From contig NC_003364.1 of the NCBI RefSeq assembly GCF_000007225.1, positions 570,001-602,000 on the forward strand: DNA of 32,000 nucleotides, in the 5' to 3' direction. The translations under genes were made by a program, and so were the position numbers. This DNA is from Pyrobaculum aerophilum str. IM2 (GTDB lineage Archaea > Thermoproteota > Thermoprotei > Thermoproteales > Thermoproteaceae). Positions 9,577 to 17,788 of this stretch are shown piece by piece. The stretch's first letter is position 1. Every line of letters begins with the position of its first letter. The notes under the pieces are model-generated. The model was not told where the DNA came from and did no database searches. It was given only the letters and a program-made list of their open reading frames with translations.

Positions 9577-10137
9577 ATGCCCTATGTGAGGAAGACGCTG
9601 GAGACAGAAGTGGCAGTGGAGCTGAGGCGAGGCGGCGACCTGGCGGTGGAGACCCCCATACCCTTTTTAACTCACATGTTAGAGACGCTTCTCAAATACG
9701 CCGGCTTAGGCGGCGTGGTTAAAGCCGTAGAGCTTAGGAAATTAGACGACGGACACCACGTCATTGAAGACGTAGCTATTGCAGTGGGGAGGGCGCTCGA
9801 CGCGCTTTTAGAAGACAGGCGGGGAATCGCGAGGTTCGGACACGCAGTTGTGCCCATGGACGAGAGCATAGTCATGGCCGCGGTGGATTTAGGCGGGAGG
9901 GCCTACTGGGTAGTAAGGGCGAAGTTGCCCGACGTGACTATCGGCGGGTACCCCCTCAGGATGTTCCCCCACTTCGTAAGAACGCTGGCAGTGGAGGCCA
10001 AGGCCACTATACACATATACGCCAGGGGGACAGATCCCCACCATAAAGTCGAGGCGGCCCACAAGGCGCTGGGCCTCGCGCTGAGACAAGCGCTCTCGCC
10101 GGGGGAGGGCTTGTCAACAAAGGGGGTGTTGGGATGA
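9577..10137 (+). CDS. hisB: imidazoleglycerol-phosphate dehydratase
   Basis: RKTLETEVAVEL...PFLTHMLETL...DDGHHVIEDVAIAVGRAL...DPHHKVEAAHKALG are IGPD signature blocks. Confidence 0.9.
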   Translation: MPYVRKTLETEVAVELRRGGDLAVETPIPFLTHMLETLLKYAGLGGVVKAVELRKLDDGHHVIEDVAIAVGRALDALLEDRRGIARFGHAVVPMDESIVMAAVDLGGRAYWVVRAKLPDVTIGGYPLRMFPHFVRTLAVEAKATIHIYARGTDPHHKVEAAHKALGLALRQALSPGEGLSTKGVLG

Positions 10138-10823
10138 TAATCCCCTCAATAGACATAGAGGGGGGAAGGGCCGTGAAGAGAATTAGGGGCCAGAGGGGCA
10201 ACTATATATTCCAGGGAGACCCCTTAGAGCTTGCCGCGCGGTTTCGAAAAGCCCCGCTAGTCCACGTGGTAGATCTCGACGGGGCTGAGGCAGGAGGGCT
10301 GGTGAATATAAGCGTGATAAGCAAAATAGCCGAAATCTTAGAGGGGCGGTGCGAGCTCGGCGGAGGGTTGAGGAGCCTCGAGGCCGTGGAGAGGGCCCTC
10401 TCGCTCTGCCAATACGCCGTTGTGGGCTCCCTGCCTTTTAAAAACTGGCCGCTCTTCCGCCGGGCGGCGGAGCTGTACAGAGACAGACTGGCCGTGTCTC
10501 TCGACTATAGGGGAGGCGAGGTGTTAGTGGGAGGGTGGAGGGAGAAGGCGGCATCAATAGCCGAGGCAGTTAGGCGCCTTGAAGAGGCCGGGCCGTACGC
10601 GGCGGTTATAGTCACCTCGGTGGAAGTGGAGGGAACAGGCGGCGGCGTTAAGGCGGATATCGACGTGAAGAGTCTAAAGAGAATAGCCAGGCGGGTTTTC
10701 TACGCGGGGGGCGTGAGGGATTGCAACGACGTGGAGAGGGCCTATGCGCTCGGCTTTGACGGCGTTATTGTGGGATACGCGCTGTACGCAGGGGATTTGA
10801 AAAAATGCGCAAATTGGTACTGA
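10134..10823 (+). CDS. hisA: ProFAR isomerase (HisA)
   Basis: IIPSIDIEGGRAVKRIRG, VVDLDGA and GGGLRS are HisA (beta/alpha)8 motifs. There is a 4-nt ATGA overlap with hisB. Confidence 0.85.
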   Translation: MIIPSIDIEGGRAVKRIRGQRGNYIFQGDPLELAARFRKAPLVHVVDLDGAEAGGLVNISVISKIAEILEGRCELGGGLRSLEAVERALSLCQYAVVGSLPFKNWPLFRRAAELYRDRLAVSLDYRGGEVLVGGWREKAASIAEAVRRLEEAGPYAAVIVTSVEVEGTGGGVKADIDVKSLKRIARRVFYAGGVRDCNDVERAYALGFDGVIVGYALYAGDLKKCANWY

Positions 10824-11286
10824 CCAAGGCCTTGGTCTACGGGCAAGCTCACTCGACGCGTCGACCAATAGGCGACGCCGAGTTTAAAGAGGGCTTGCAG
10901 AAAACGCCAGCGGGCAGGGAAAAACAAAGCGAAAACGCCCTTACAGTGACGGAGGCTGTCCTGAGGGAATTCGGCAAGCGTCACACCCGCCGATGAGGGA
11001 TTTGTTTAGGGCCTAGCTGGGCATATACAGAGAGCCGATCCAGTCCCCTGAGGGCGCTGAGGAGCAGGCGACCTTTTCCACCGCATCTGCATGCGGCGAT
11101 GACTTCAAAATGTCATTGTGAAATGCAAAAACGGCAGATCGCGGCGAGAAAGTGGTGTATTGAGATAGTAGCTATGGGCATAAAGCGGGGGCCTTGCCGA
11201 CAGCAGACGGCGGCTACTGAGGAGCGAATCCGCGTGGCGTTGCCCCAACTCTACGCGCGACCTGGTGGCACATCAGAAAGCCTTAA

Positions 11287-11724
11287 ATGATCTTTGTTGA
11301 CTATCTCGTGGGCCACGTCTTTGTGAAGGCGAGATTCGTGGGGGACAGAGGCGATAAAATTGCCGACGCCCTAATTGATACAGGCGCCACATACACAGTC
11401 ATACCGAGGCGCCTCGCCGAAGAGATCGGGGCGCCGCGCACCGGCATATACGCTGAAGTAAAGACCGCCTACGGCGTTGTCAAGCTCGAGCTCACCCACA
11501 TCTTGTTGGAAATTGAGGGCACAAGGGCGCTTGAGGCCGTCCTCGTGTCCGACAGTCTGGAAATACCCCTAATCGGCGTGAGGACGCTCGAAGGGCTTGG
11601 GTTTAGAGTAGACCCAACCACGGGTAAGCTTGAAAAAAGCCTGAGGAATTTCGGCCTCGCATATTCTATTACTATTCTCTCCCGGATAAGTTTTCGAATT
11701 GGGATTAGATACGTCTGTCTATAA
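11287..11724 (+). CDS. retropepsin-like (clan AA) aspartic protease
   Basis: ALIDTGATYTVIPRRLAEEIG carries the D-T-G-A active-site motif, and IPLIGVRTLEGLGFRVDP follows. An alternative leaderless start is GTG 11308, with CCTTAAATGA about 24 nt upstream. The ~30 C-terminal codons lie in low-GC DNA and may not be native. Confidence 0.7.
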   Translation: MIFVDYLVGHVFVKARFVGDRGDKIADALIDTGATYTVIPRRLAEEIGAPRTGIYAEVKTAYGVVKLELTHILLEIEGTRALEAVLVSDSLEIPLIGVRTLEGLGFRVDPTTGKLEKSLRNFGLAYSITILSRISFRIGIRYVCL

Positions 11725-12028
11725 GTATAGTAATCTCCCTTTCTAAGCGGACGGGATAATACAATATACATGAGATTGGGATTGGGCCTGCCAGCGCTTC
11801 CTTCAATTTCCAACCTCTCGCCACTAGGGCCTCCAGTCTCGGATGAAAAGCGCCCTCGGCAGTTTTATGAAAAACTTCCGCGTTTATGCGCGGCCTTTCG
11901 CAATCGCATAGAGCCTCAATTGTAAGCTCGTCTGTGCGTTTAATCGTATCCCAGTCGAGAAGAGAGACAAAAATATTGTGTCGCACATATTTAAATTTAC
12001 ACTCATTAATGCATTTGTCGATATCCAC
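11705..12028 (-). CDS. hypothetical 107-aa protein with CxxxC and CxC motifs (low-GC islet)
   Basis: The ORF lies 21 nt downstream of the 178-aa ORF on the same strand. It contains DKCINEC and LCDCE cysteine pairs. I recognise no family. Confidence 0.5.
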   Translation of the reverse strand: MDIDKCINECKFKYVRHNIFVSLLDWDTIKRTDELTIEALCDCERPRINAEVFHKTAEGAFHPRLEALVARGWKLKEALAGPIPISCILYYPVRLEREITILIDRRI

Positions 12029-12049
12029 TAGAATTAAGAATATAGAAAT

Positions 12050-12586
12050 TTATAAGCTTGATAGAACTTGACTAGTTACCAACTGGTTACTGTTCTTTAT
12101 TTTCACATCTTCTATTTTCCTTTTTCTACCTGCGTGCTCAAAAAGTATTTCCCCATCTTTTATCTCGTAGTTCACAGCCCCTATCCCAATTGCAAACGCT
12201 AGAAGATCGAGGCGCTCAAACCAATCCTCAGCGGGGTGACTGACTGTGAGATTGGGCAATAACATCTGGCCAGCGGCGACTGTGTAATACGCCTTCTCTC
12301 TCATGTCCCGCGCCTTATAAGCCCTCCTTATCAGCTCAGTCTGAATTTTGAGCTTGTCCTTAGTAGTCAGGTGCTCCGCCTCCAGGGCGATTCTCTTGGC
12401 GAACTCGATGCCATCCCCCAGCCTCTCCCCTCTATAAAATTCTTCAATCTCCTCTACAATGCGGTTGATATCAATTTTGTTCTTTTTAAAATCCCTATCC
12501 AACTTTTTAACTAGCCTATCGAGATCTGTCCTATCCATACGTGATTTTTCATCCCCGTGCAAAATACTACTTTTCGAGATTTTCAT
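12050..12586 (-). CDS. hypothetical 178-aa protein (low-GC islet)
   Basis: A clean ATG sits 26 nt downstream of TTATAAA on the minus strand. The N-terminal half is highly charged and helical-looking, and the C-terminal part is mixed. I recognise no family. Confidence 0.6.
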   Translation of the reverse strand: MKISKSSILHGDEKSRMDRTDLDRLVKKLDRDFKKNKIDINRIVEEIEEFYRGERLGDGIEFAKRIALEAEHLTTKDKLKIQTELIRRAYKARDMREKAYYTVAAGQMLLPNLTVSHPAEDWFERLDLLAFAIGIGAVNYEIKDGEILFEHAGRKRKIEDVKIKNSNQLVTSQVLSSL

Positions 12587-12736
12587 ATTATCATCAACAC
12601 AGGAGTTTATAACTCCTTCCCATTCGCAAAGCCGCCAATTTACTGATGGCAGAGTTTATAAACTTTTCCTCGCCTAGCAAAAAGAACCGAGCGGTGGTGA
12701 GATACAGTTTGACGCCTGAAGATGGGAGACGTCTCG

Positions 12737-12750
12737 AAAAAAATAAATGA
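12737..12750 (-). terminator. oligo-T terminator downstream of rtcB
   Basis: The minus strand reads TCATTTATTTTTTTCG beginning 8 nt after the rtcB stop. T7 runs are typical archaeal termination signals. Confidence 0.45.
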
Positions 12751-12757
12751 ATTACGC

Positions 12758-14212
12758 TTAACCCTTCACTACTCCGATGGGCCTCTGCCTCACCACCTTT
12801 TTCGCAAACCCCACTTGGTGCGCGGCCTCAACAACGCGATCGACGTCTTTATACGCCCAGGGCGCCTCTTCGCTTATGACCTCAGTCTCGGCGCTCCTCA
12901 CAATAATGCCCCTCTTGGCCATTTCCTCCTGCACCTTGTGAGGCGGGTACATCCGAATAGCCGCCTCTCTGCTGAGCACTCTCCCGGCCCCGTGCGGAGC
13001 TGTGCCGAATGTGAGCCTCATGGCGTCGTGCGTGCCTACGAGGATCCATGAGGCGGTGCCCATAGAGCCGGGGATTAGCACAGGCTGCCCCACTTCTCTA
13101 TATTTCGCGGGTATTTCCGACCTGCCGGGCGGGAACGCCCGCGTCGCCCCTTTGCGGTGCACCCACACTTTTCTCACAGTGCCCTTCTCGTCCACTACGT
13201 GCTCCTCCAATTTGGCGATGTTGTGAGCGACGTCGTAAACCACCTCCAGACCCACTTTCTCAATTGAGCCAAACACCTTTTTGAAAGCCTCCCTCACCCA
13301 GTGCATGATAATGTGGCGGTTAGTCCAAGCGAAGTTCGCGGCAGAGGCCATGGCCTTTATGTAGTCCTCGGCCACTTTATCCTTGAGCGGCGCGGCGGCC
13401 AGCTCTCTGTCCGGCAAGTTCAGCCCCCACTGCCTCATCTTCCTCTCCATTATCAAGAGGTAGTCAGTGGCCACTTGGTGGCCAAAGCCTCTGCTCCCCG
13501 TGTGTATCATCACGACCACTTGCCCCTCCCTCTCTATGCCGAATAGCTTTGCGATTTTCTCGTCGTATATTTTGTCCACTACTTGAATCTCTAAGAAGTG
13601 GTTGCCTGACCCCAGAGTGCCCAGCTGGTCCCTGCCCCTGGCCTTAGCCTTCTCGCTGACCTTTGAGGGATCCGCCAATTTCCACGACCCCCTCTCCTCT
13701 ATGTACTCCATGTCCTCAGCCCAGCCGTAGCCCTTCTGCACAGCCCACTCAACGCCCTCTGCAAGGACTCTCTCAAACTCAGAGGGAGACAGCCTCAAGT
13801 GGCCCGTGCCGCCGACGCCGGGCGGGACTAGTCTAAAGATCGTGTCCACAAGCTCCTTAAGCTTAGGCCTCACATCCTCCTCAGTGAGGTTCGTCCTCAG
13901 CACTCTCACGCCGCAGTTAATATCATAGCCAATGCCCCCCGGCGAAATGACGCCCTCTTCGGCGTCAATCGCGGCGACGCCGCCGATCGGAAAGCCATAT
14001 CCCTGGTGCGCGTCTGGGAGCACAATTGACCATCGGTATATGCCGGGGAGACAGCCGACGTTTATGCCTTGTTCCAGCGTCATGTCGCTTTTCATTTTCT
14101 CCAATAATACGCTGTCGGCGTAAATCCTGACAGGCACTTTTTGACACGGCTTTACGCCTGGGGGAATCTCCCATACATAGTCGTTAATTTTGTTAATAGG
14201 TATATTACGCAT
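12758..14212 (-). CDS. rtcB: RNA-splicing ligase RtcB
   Basis: GYDINCGVR, GSGNHFLE, HTGSRGFGHQ, PGSMGT and PHGAGR are all RtcB active-site blocks. The track ORF starts at GTG 14233. ATG 14212 (MRNIPINKINDYVWEIP) is preferred because CTTTTAAG is centred 24.5 nt upstream and the N-terminus then matches archaeal RtcB. Confidence 0.95.
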   Translation of the reverse strand: MRNIPINKINDYVWEIPPGVKPCQKVPVRIYADSVLLEKMKSDMTLEQGINVGCLPGIYRWSIVLPDAHQGYGFPIGGVAAIDAEEGVISPGGIGYDINCGVRVLRTNLTEEDVRPKLKELVDTIFRLVPPGVGGTGHLRLSPSEFERVLAEGVEWAVQKGYGWAEDMEYIEERGSWKLADPSKVSEKAKARGRDQLGTLGSGNHFLEIQVVDKIYDEKIAKLFGIEREGQVVVMIHTGSRGFGHQVATDYLLIMERKMRQWGLNLPDRELAAAPLKDKVAEDYIKAMASAANFAWTNRHIIMHWVREAFKKVFGSIEKVGLEVVYDVAHNIAKLEEHVVDEKGTVRKVWVHRKGATRAFPPGRSEIPAKYREVGQPVLIPGSMGTASWILVGTHDAMRLTFGTAPHGAGRVLSREAAIRMYPPHKVQEEMAKRGIIVRSAETEVISEEAPWAYKDVDRVVEAAHQVGFAKKVVRQRPIGVVKG

Positions 14213-14453
14213 GGCACCTAACAGATGTTCCACTTAAAAGCTTTATCTCACCGGCTACATTGGGCGCGACGCGGCTGATGAGCCCCCTCAATAACGCCCC
14301 TGGCCCTCCGCGGCGGCGGAGTAGTGATGGCCCTGTGAGCAGATGCGCTTAGAGGCCTTGAGATAACACGGTTAACTGCGCGTCCAAACGGCGCTGTAAC
14401 GCCTGTAGCGCCGCATATTTATTCAAGGAATAGCTTATAAATCATTCTTTCTT

Positions 14454-16655
14454 ATGATACGGGTGTTAATAGCAGTAATAGCGTTGTTGACAGTACTGCT
14501 CGCGGCCGGCCAGATCCCGCCAGGAAAGCCCCTTATATGTCTCAACGCCAGCGAGGCGGGGCTGGAGGGCTCGCCGCCGATGCTCGCGGGGTTTGTAGTT
14601 GGGAGAGGAGGACAGGAGCCGGTTCAGCTGTACGTCAACGGGACTGTTATTAACGTCGTCGGGATCTGGGACGCCAATTCCACCAAGCCGCAAATTCAGA
14701 ACATCACCGTGCTCCCGCCGGCGATTAAGGGGCTTATCTGCTTCCAGCCGGGGGATCCCGTCCCGGCTAGAGTGGCCAGAGGCCTTTATTTAGAGGTGGA
14801 GGCCCGGGGGAGGAGATACGGCGTGACGATAATAAACGCCAGCGACGACCCCGCCGCGCCTCCCGCCGTGCCTCTTGAGTACTTGCCGAGGGACGTCGAG
14901 GTGATTAGGGGCAGAGTAGTGGCTAAGAGGGAAGTGGGAGAGCGTGGAGGGTTCCCCGCCGGGCTGGGCCGCGTTGAGGTCATGCAGATGATTCAGCCGT
15001 CGCAGAGTTTATTCAGAGATTTCAGCGGCTTTATAATTGCCTCTTTTAAATTGAACTATACTGATAACTACGTCCTCAACCTATACGGCTCCAGTGAGGC
15101 CTGCACCAAGGGGAGGTTTATCCTTCCAAACGGCACGGGCTGGTTCACCCTGGCCTTCACCCCCGCCACGAGAGCCGACGTTTACGGCGGGGCCTCTTAC
15201 CTATACCTCACAATTCGGGCCAGTGTATACGACGCCGATACAGACAAGCCGCTTGCGAACATAACGCTGGGCAACATATACGTCCCCAACCAGCCGAGGC
15301 CGTGGCATTTAGTAACTATTGATTTAAGCCAGTGGACGGGTCTCACAAAGAGAATTGATTTGACCATCTGCAAGCCGTCGGGTGTTTACGTCTACGGTAA
15401 GTACGTCATAGACGCGGTTGTATACGCCGCGGTTCCCGCGAAGTCGTACGCAGAGCCCTTCGCCCTTGAGTCCCCGGGCAGAAACACATTGGTGAAGCCT
15501 CCCACAGGCTCTTCACAGCTCTTTAACGGCACTTATTTGGCAATCCCAGGCCTCACCCCTCCGCCGGGCTATGCCCTGGGAAGCGCCAGGGCGAGTATTG
15601 TAATTAGGACGTGCTCTCCCAGAGCCCCGTCCAGCGTCAACATCTACTGGGGCCCCTTCTACATCGGCACTGTGAGTAGAATACAAGTGGACGGCTGTTA
15701 TTACTACGTGGTGACGCCGGCGGACTTCAGAGGCGGCTTTGACGCCGCCGTCAGATCTAGCTTGTACCTCGGGGGCACGCTACACGCCGTATACATAGGG
15801 CCGTTTAATAACGACGTTTACAACACAGGCCTTAGAATTGACCAACTCAGAATAGAAGGCCTATACAGGCCCGAGATGAACGCCAGAGCCTCGCGAATAT
15901 TCAAAGACTACGCAACTAACTGGGGATATATGACGCTGTCGAGTTTTGTCACAGTATATACTTACAATCCTAATGTGCCTATCATAGCTTATGGGAGCAA
16001 AGTTGATATTAAATTTAGCGCACACGGCTTGTCGTACAGAACGCCTCGCCTCATAATCGCTGTTCAGAAGTATGACGGGATGGTTCATTGCGGCAGTATC
16101 AGCTTTGTGGTAAGGGCCTATTCCAACGGCCAGCCTGTAACGCTAGATCCCGACGGTACGGCTGGCGTATATCAACAAGGCGGTAATTCAGATCTTCTTT
16201 GGGTTGACCTTCTTGTGGACTTTATATCGAATTTATTGGACGAGGCGAAAAACGCCGTGTCGCAATTAGTATTAAAAGTCGTGAGCTGGGTCAGTTTTAC
16301 TATTGGCTTTGTACAAGCAGCCTCGTTTGTTGGCGTTGACAGGGTGAAGACGCAAGACGGAGGAGTTTCATACACTATTTCAATTGGGTCGCTAGCACCT
16401 GATGCAATTGTAATAGACGGGGCGACTTTCTCGCATAGTTTACCCAGCGATGCACCTATTGAGTTTAGAATTGAACGGATTCAGACGTCTTGCGCCGGTT
16501 TTACCCACTCCTTTGGCGACTACTCGATATATCTCGACCCGATGGCTAATTCCCTTAGTACTCAGTACATACACGCTTTCCGGACGTTTACGTGCGGAAA
16601 ACAGGAGATCGGTTGGCCTTCAATATCAGTATGTACCCCGTCGATTTATGGCTAG
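14454..16655 (+). CDS. large secreted/membrane-anchored surface protein, 733 aa, paralogous to 4916..7303 (module B)
   Basis: It has an N-terminal hydrophobic signal/anchor (MIRVLIAVIALLTVLLAAGQ), 9 N-x-S/T sequons and a Pro-rich linker (DDPAAPPAVPLEY). A hydrophobic stretch lies near aa 585-625. Three colinear N-terminal blocks are shared with the 795-aa protein: QLYVNGT/EIYVNQT, NITVLPP/NITVPVP and LEVEARGRRYGVTIINAS/LEVEGLGKVRLILPRNAT. Confidence 0.75.
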   Translation: MIRVLIAVIALLTVLLAAGQIPPGKPLICLNASEAGLEGSPPMLAGFVVGRGGQEPVQLYVNGTVINVVGIWDANSTKPQIQNITVLPPAIKGLICFQPGDPVPARVARGLYLEVEARGRRYGVTIINASDDPAAPPAVPLEYLPRDVEVIRGRVVAKREVGERGGFPAGLGRVEVMQMIQPSQSLFRDFSGFIIASFKLNYTDNYVLNLYGSSEACTKGRFILPNGTGWFTLAFTPATRADVYGGASYLYLTIRASVYDADTDKPLANITLGNIYVPNQPRPWHLVTIDLSQWTGLTKRIDLTICKPSGVYVYGKYVIDAVVYAAVPAKSYAEPFALESPGRNTLVKPPTGSSQLFNGTYLAIPGLTPPPGYALGSARASIVIRTCSPRAPSSVNIYWGPFYIGTVSRIQVDGCYYYVVTPADFRGGFDAAVRSSLYLGGTLHAVYIGPFNNDVYNTGLRIDQLRIEGLYRPEMNARASRIFKDYATNWGYMTLSSFVTVYTYNPNVPIIAYGSKVDIKFSAHGLSYRTPRLIIAVQKYDGMVHCGSISFVVRAYSNGQPVTLDPDGTAGVYQQGGNSDLLWVDLLVDFISNLLDEAKNAVSQLVLKVVSWVSFTIGFVQAASFVGVDRVKTQDGGVSYTISIGSLAPDAIVIDGATFSHSLPSDAPIEFRIERIQTSCAGFTHSFGDYSIYLDPMANSLSTQYIHAFRTFTCGKQEIGWPSISVCTPSIYG

Positions 16656-17178
16656 GCTTTTTAAATACCCCTTTTTCAGGATGGGCCTGGCCCTGGGGGT
16701 TATGTCTTTTTTCCACTTATTTCTATTTGGTTTTTTGAGGGAGGGCCTTTTACTTGCCGCCGTTGTGTCCTATTTCTCCGCCTACGGCGTGGCGTATAAC
16801 TGGCGCTGGGTTTTGCCGTGGGTTGGGGCTGTGGTTGCGGGGGTTTTTATCAGCGGGAGAATTGTGGTGGTTTTTGTATTTTTCCTTTACCTGGCCTTTA
16901 TGTTGGCAGTTCCCCTGTTTTTAACTAGGGGGGTGCGGAGCAGGGTAAAGTCGCTTTTCTTTTTCGTGCTTGGGCATTTCCTCTCAGGCGTCCCGCTTTT
17001 ATTAATTTCGCCGCTGTGGCGGTCTCTGGTCCCACACCCCTTTGAGTTCATCGCCTACGGCCCGGCCATCCCGACGCCTGTGGACTGGCCTTGGTACTTC
17101 GTGGGGTATTACGTTTGGGAGAGGGTCCACAGCTTGTATAAGGGGCTGCCGAGTGGCTTCACGCGGCCGGAGGGCTAG
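16648..17178 (+). CDS. small polytopic membrane protein (176 aa), partner of the 733-aa surface protein (module B)
   Basis: ATG 16648 overlaps the upstream stop by 8 nt. The track ORF's earlier start (16450) lies inside the 733-aa gene in another frame. The N-terminus MARLFKY and the C-terminal FVGYYV motif parallel the 185-aa ORF at 4389..4946. Confidence 0.65.
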   Translation: MARLFKYPFFRMGLALGVMSFFHLFLFGFLREGLLLAAVVSYFSAYGVAYNWRWVLPWVGAVVAGVFISGRIVVVFVFFLYLAFMLAVPLFLTRGVRSRVKSLFFFVLGHFLSGVPLLLISPLWRSLVPHPFEFIAYGPAIPTPVDWPWYFVGYYVWERVHSLYKGLPSGFTRPEG

Positions 17179-17318
17179 GCCGCCGGGTAAAGTTCTTAAA
17201 CCTCTGGGTAGGTGGCCTTGTGCCGGGACTACGCCGGGTGAGAGCGGCGTGTGCCGCCCTGTGAATCCGGCGGGGTGCCTTCCCCTCTAGTTTATATACC
17301 CCTAAATAGAATAATAGT

Positions 17319-17762
17319 ATGAGGGGGGCTGTGGTGAGTATTCAAGTGGCGGTTCTTTTAGTCTTTATCTTGGCAATAGCCGTGGCCTTGGCCGGCTATT
17401 TGTATACTACTTTTTATTCCTCTTTGCAGTATACCTATATTGCCCTTACCCAGGCGTATATATATCCCACGCCGTCGGGGGCTGAGGTAAAAATTTGTTT
17501 TTCCGTGGGGGGCTCCGGCGGACTGACAATAACGGGCGTGGAGCTGGACGGGAGACCAGCGGCGAGTTTTAAGGTATATGTGAGGGGGGCTGAGGCCGGC
17601 GAGGTGAGGGCGGGGGATGTGGGGTATATCAAGGCGGATTTCCCCGGCGTCGTTGTACGGCCGGGCTGGATGCCGACTGGGAGAGTGGTCACTAGACAGG
17701 GGTTTAGCTTTTTGTTCACGCCTTCTGTGTCCCAGGCCGAGGGGCGTTGTCCTGGCGAGTAG
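17319..17762 (+). CDS. archaeal type IV pilin-like protein with a class III signal peptide
   Basis: The N-terminus MRG|AVVSIQVAVLLVFILAIAVALAGYLY fits the prepilin-peptidase motif [KR]-G-[A]-[V] followed by a hydrophobic helix. The downstream LTITGVELDGRPA resembles the beta-domain of DUF1628-type pilins. TTTATATA is centred 24.5 nt upstream of the ATG. Confidence 0.6.
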   Translation: MRGAVVSIQVAVLLVFILAIAVALAGYLYTTFYSSLQYTYIALTQAYIYPTPSGAEVKICFSVGGSGGLTITGVELDGRPAASFKVYVRGAEAGEVRAGDVGYIKADFPGVVVRPGWMPTGRVVTRQGFSFLFTPSVSQAEGRCPGE

Positions 17763-17788
17763 TTTTTATAAGCCCCTCATTTTCTCCC

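Noticed and set aside
14273-14350. C/D-box sRNA candidate (CTGATGA ... GTGATGG ... ) in the rtcB/733-aa divergent intergenic region
   Set aside because: There is no CUGA D or D' box at the required ~12-nt guide spacing, and no complementary terminal stem. A similar look at TGATGA-like sites near 2147, 10993, 11095 and 22723 also failed the box-spacing test.
16450-16647. Upstream extension of the small membrane ORF (track start 16450)
   Set aside because: This part lies inside the 733-aa gene in another frame and is not hydrophobic. The ATG at 16648 gives an N-terminus parallel to the paralogue (MARLFKY vs MERLFRR).
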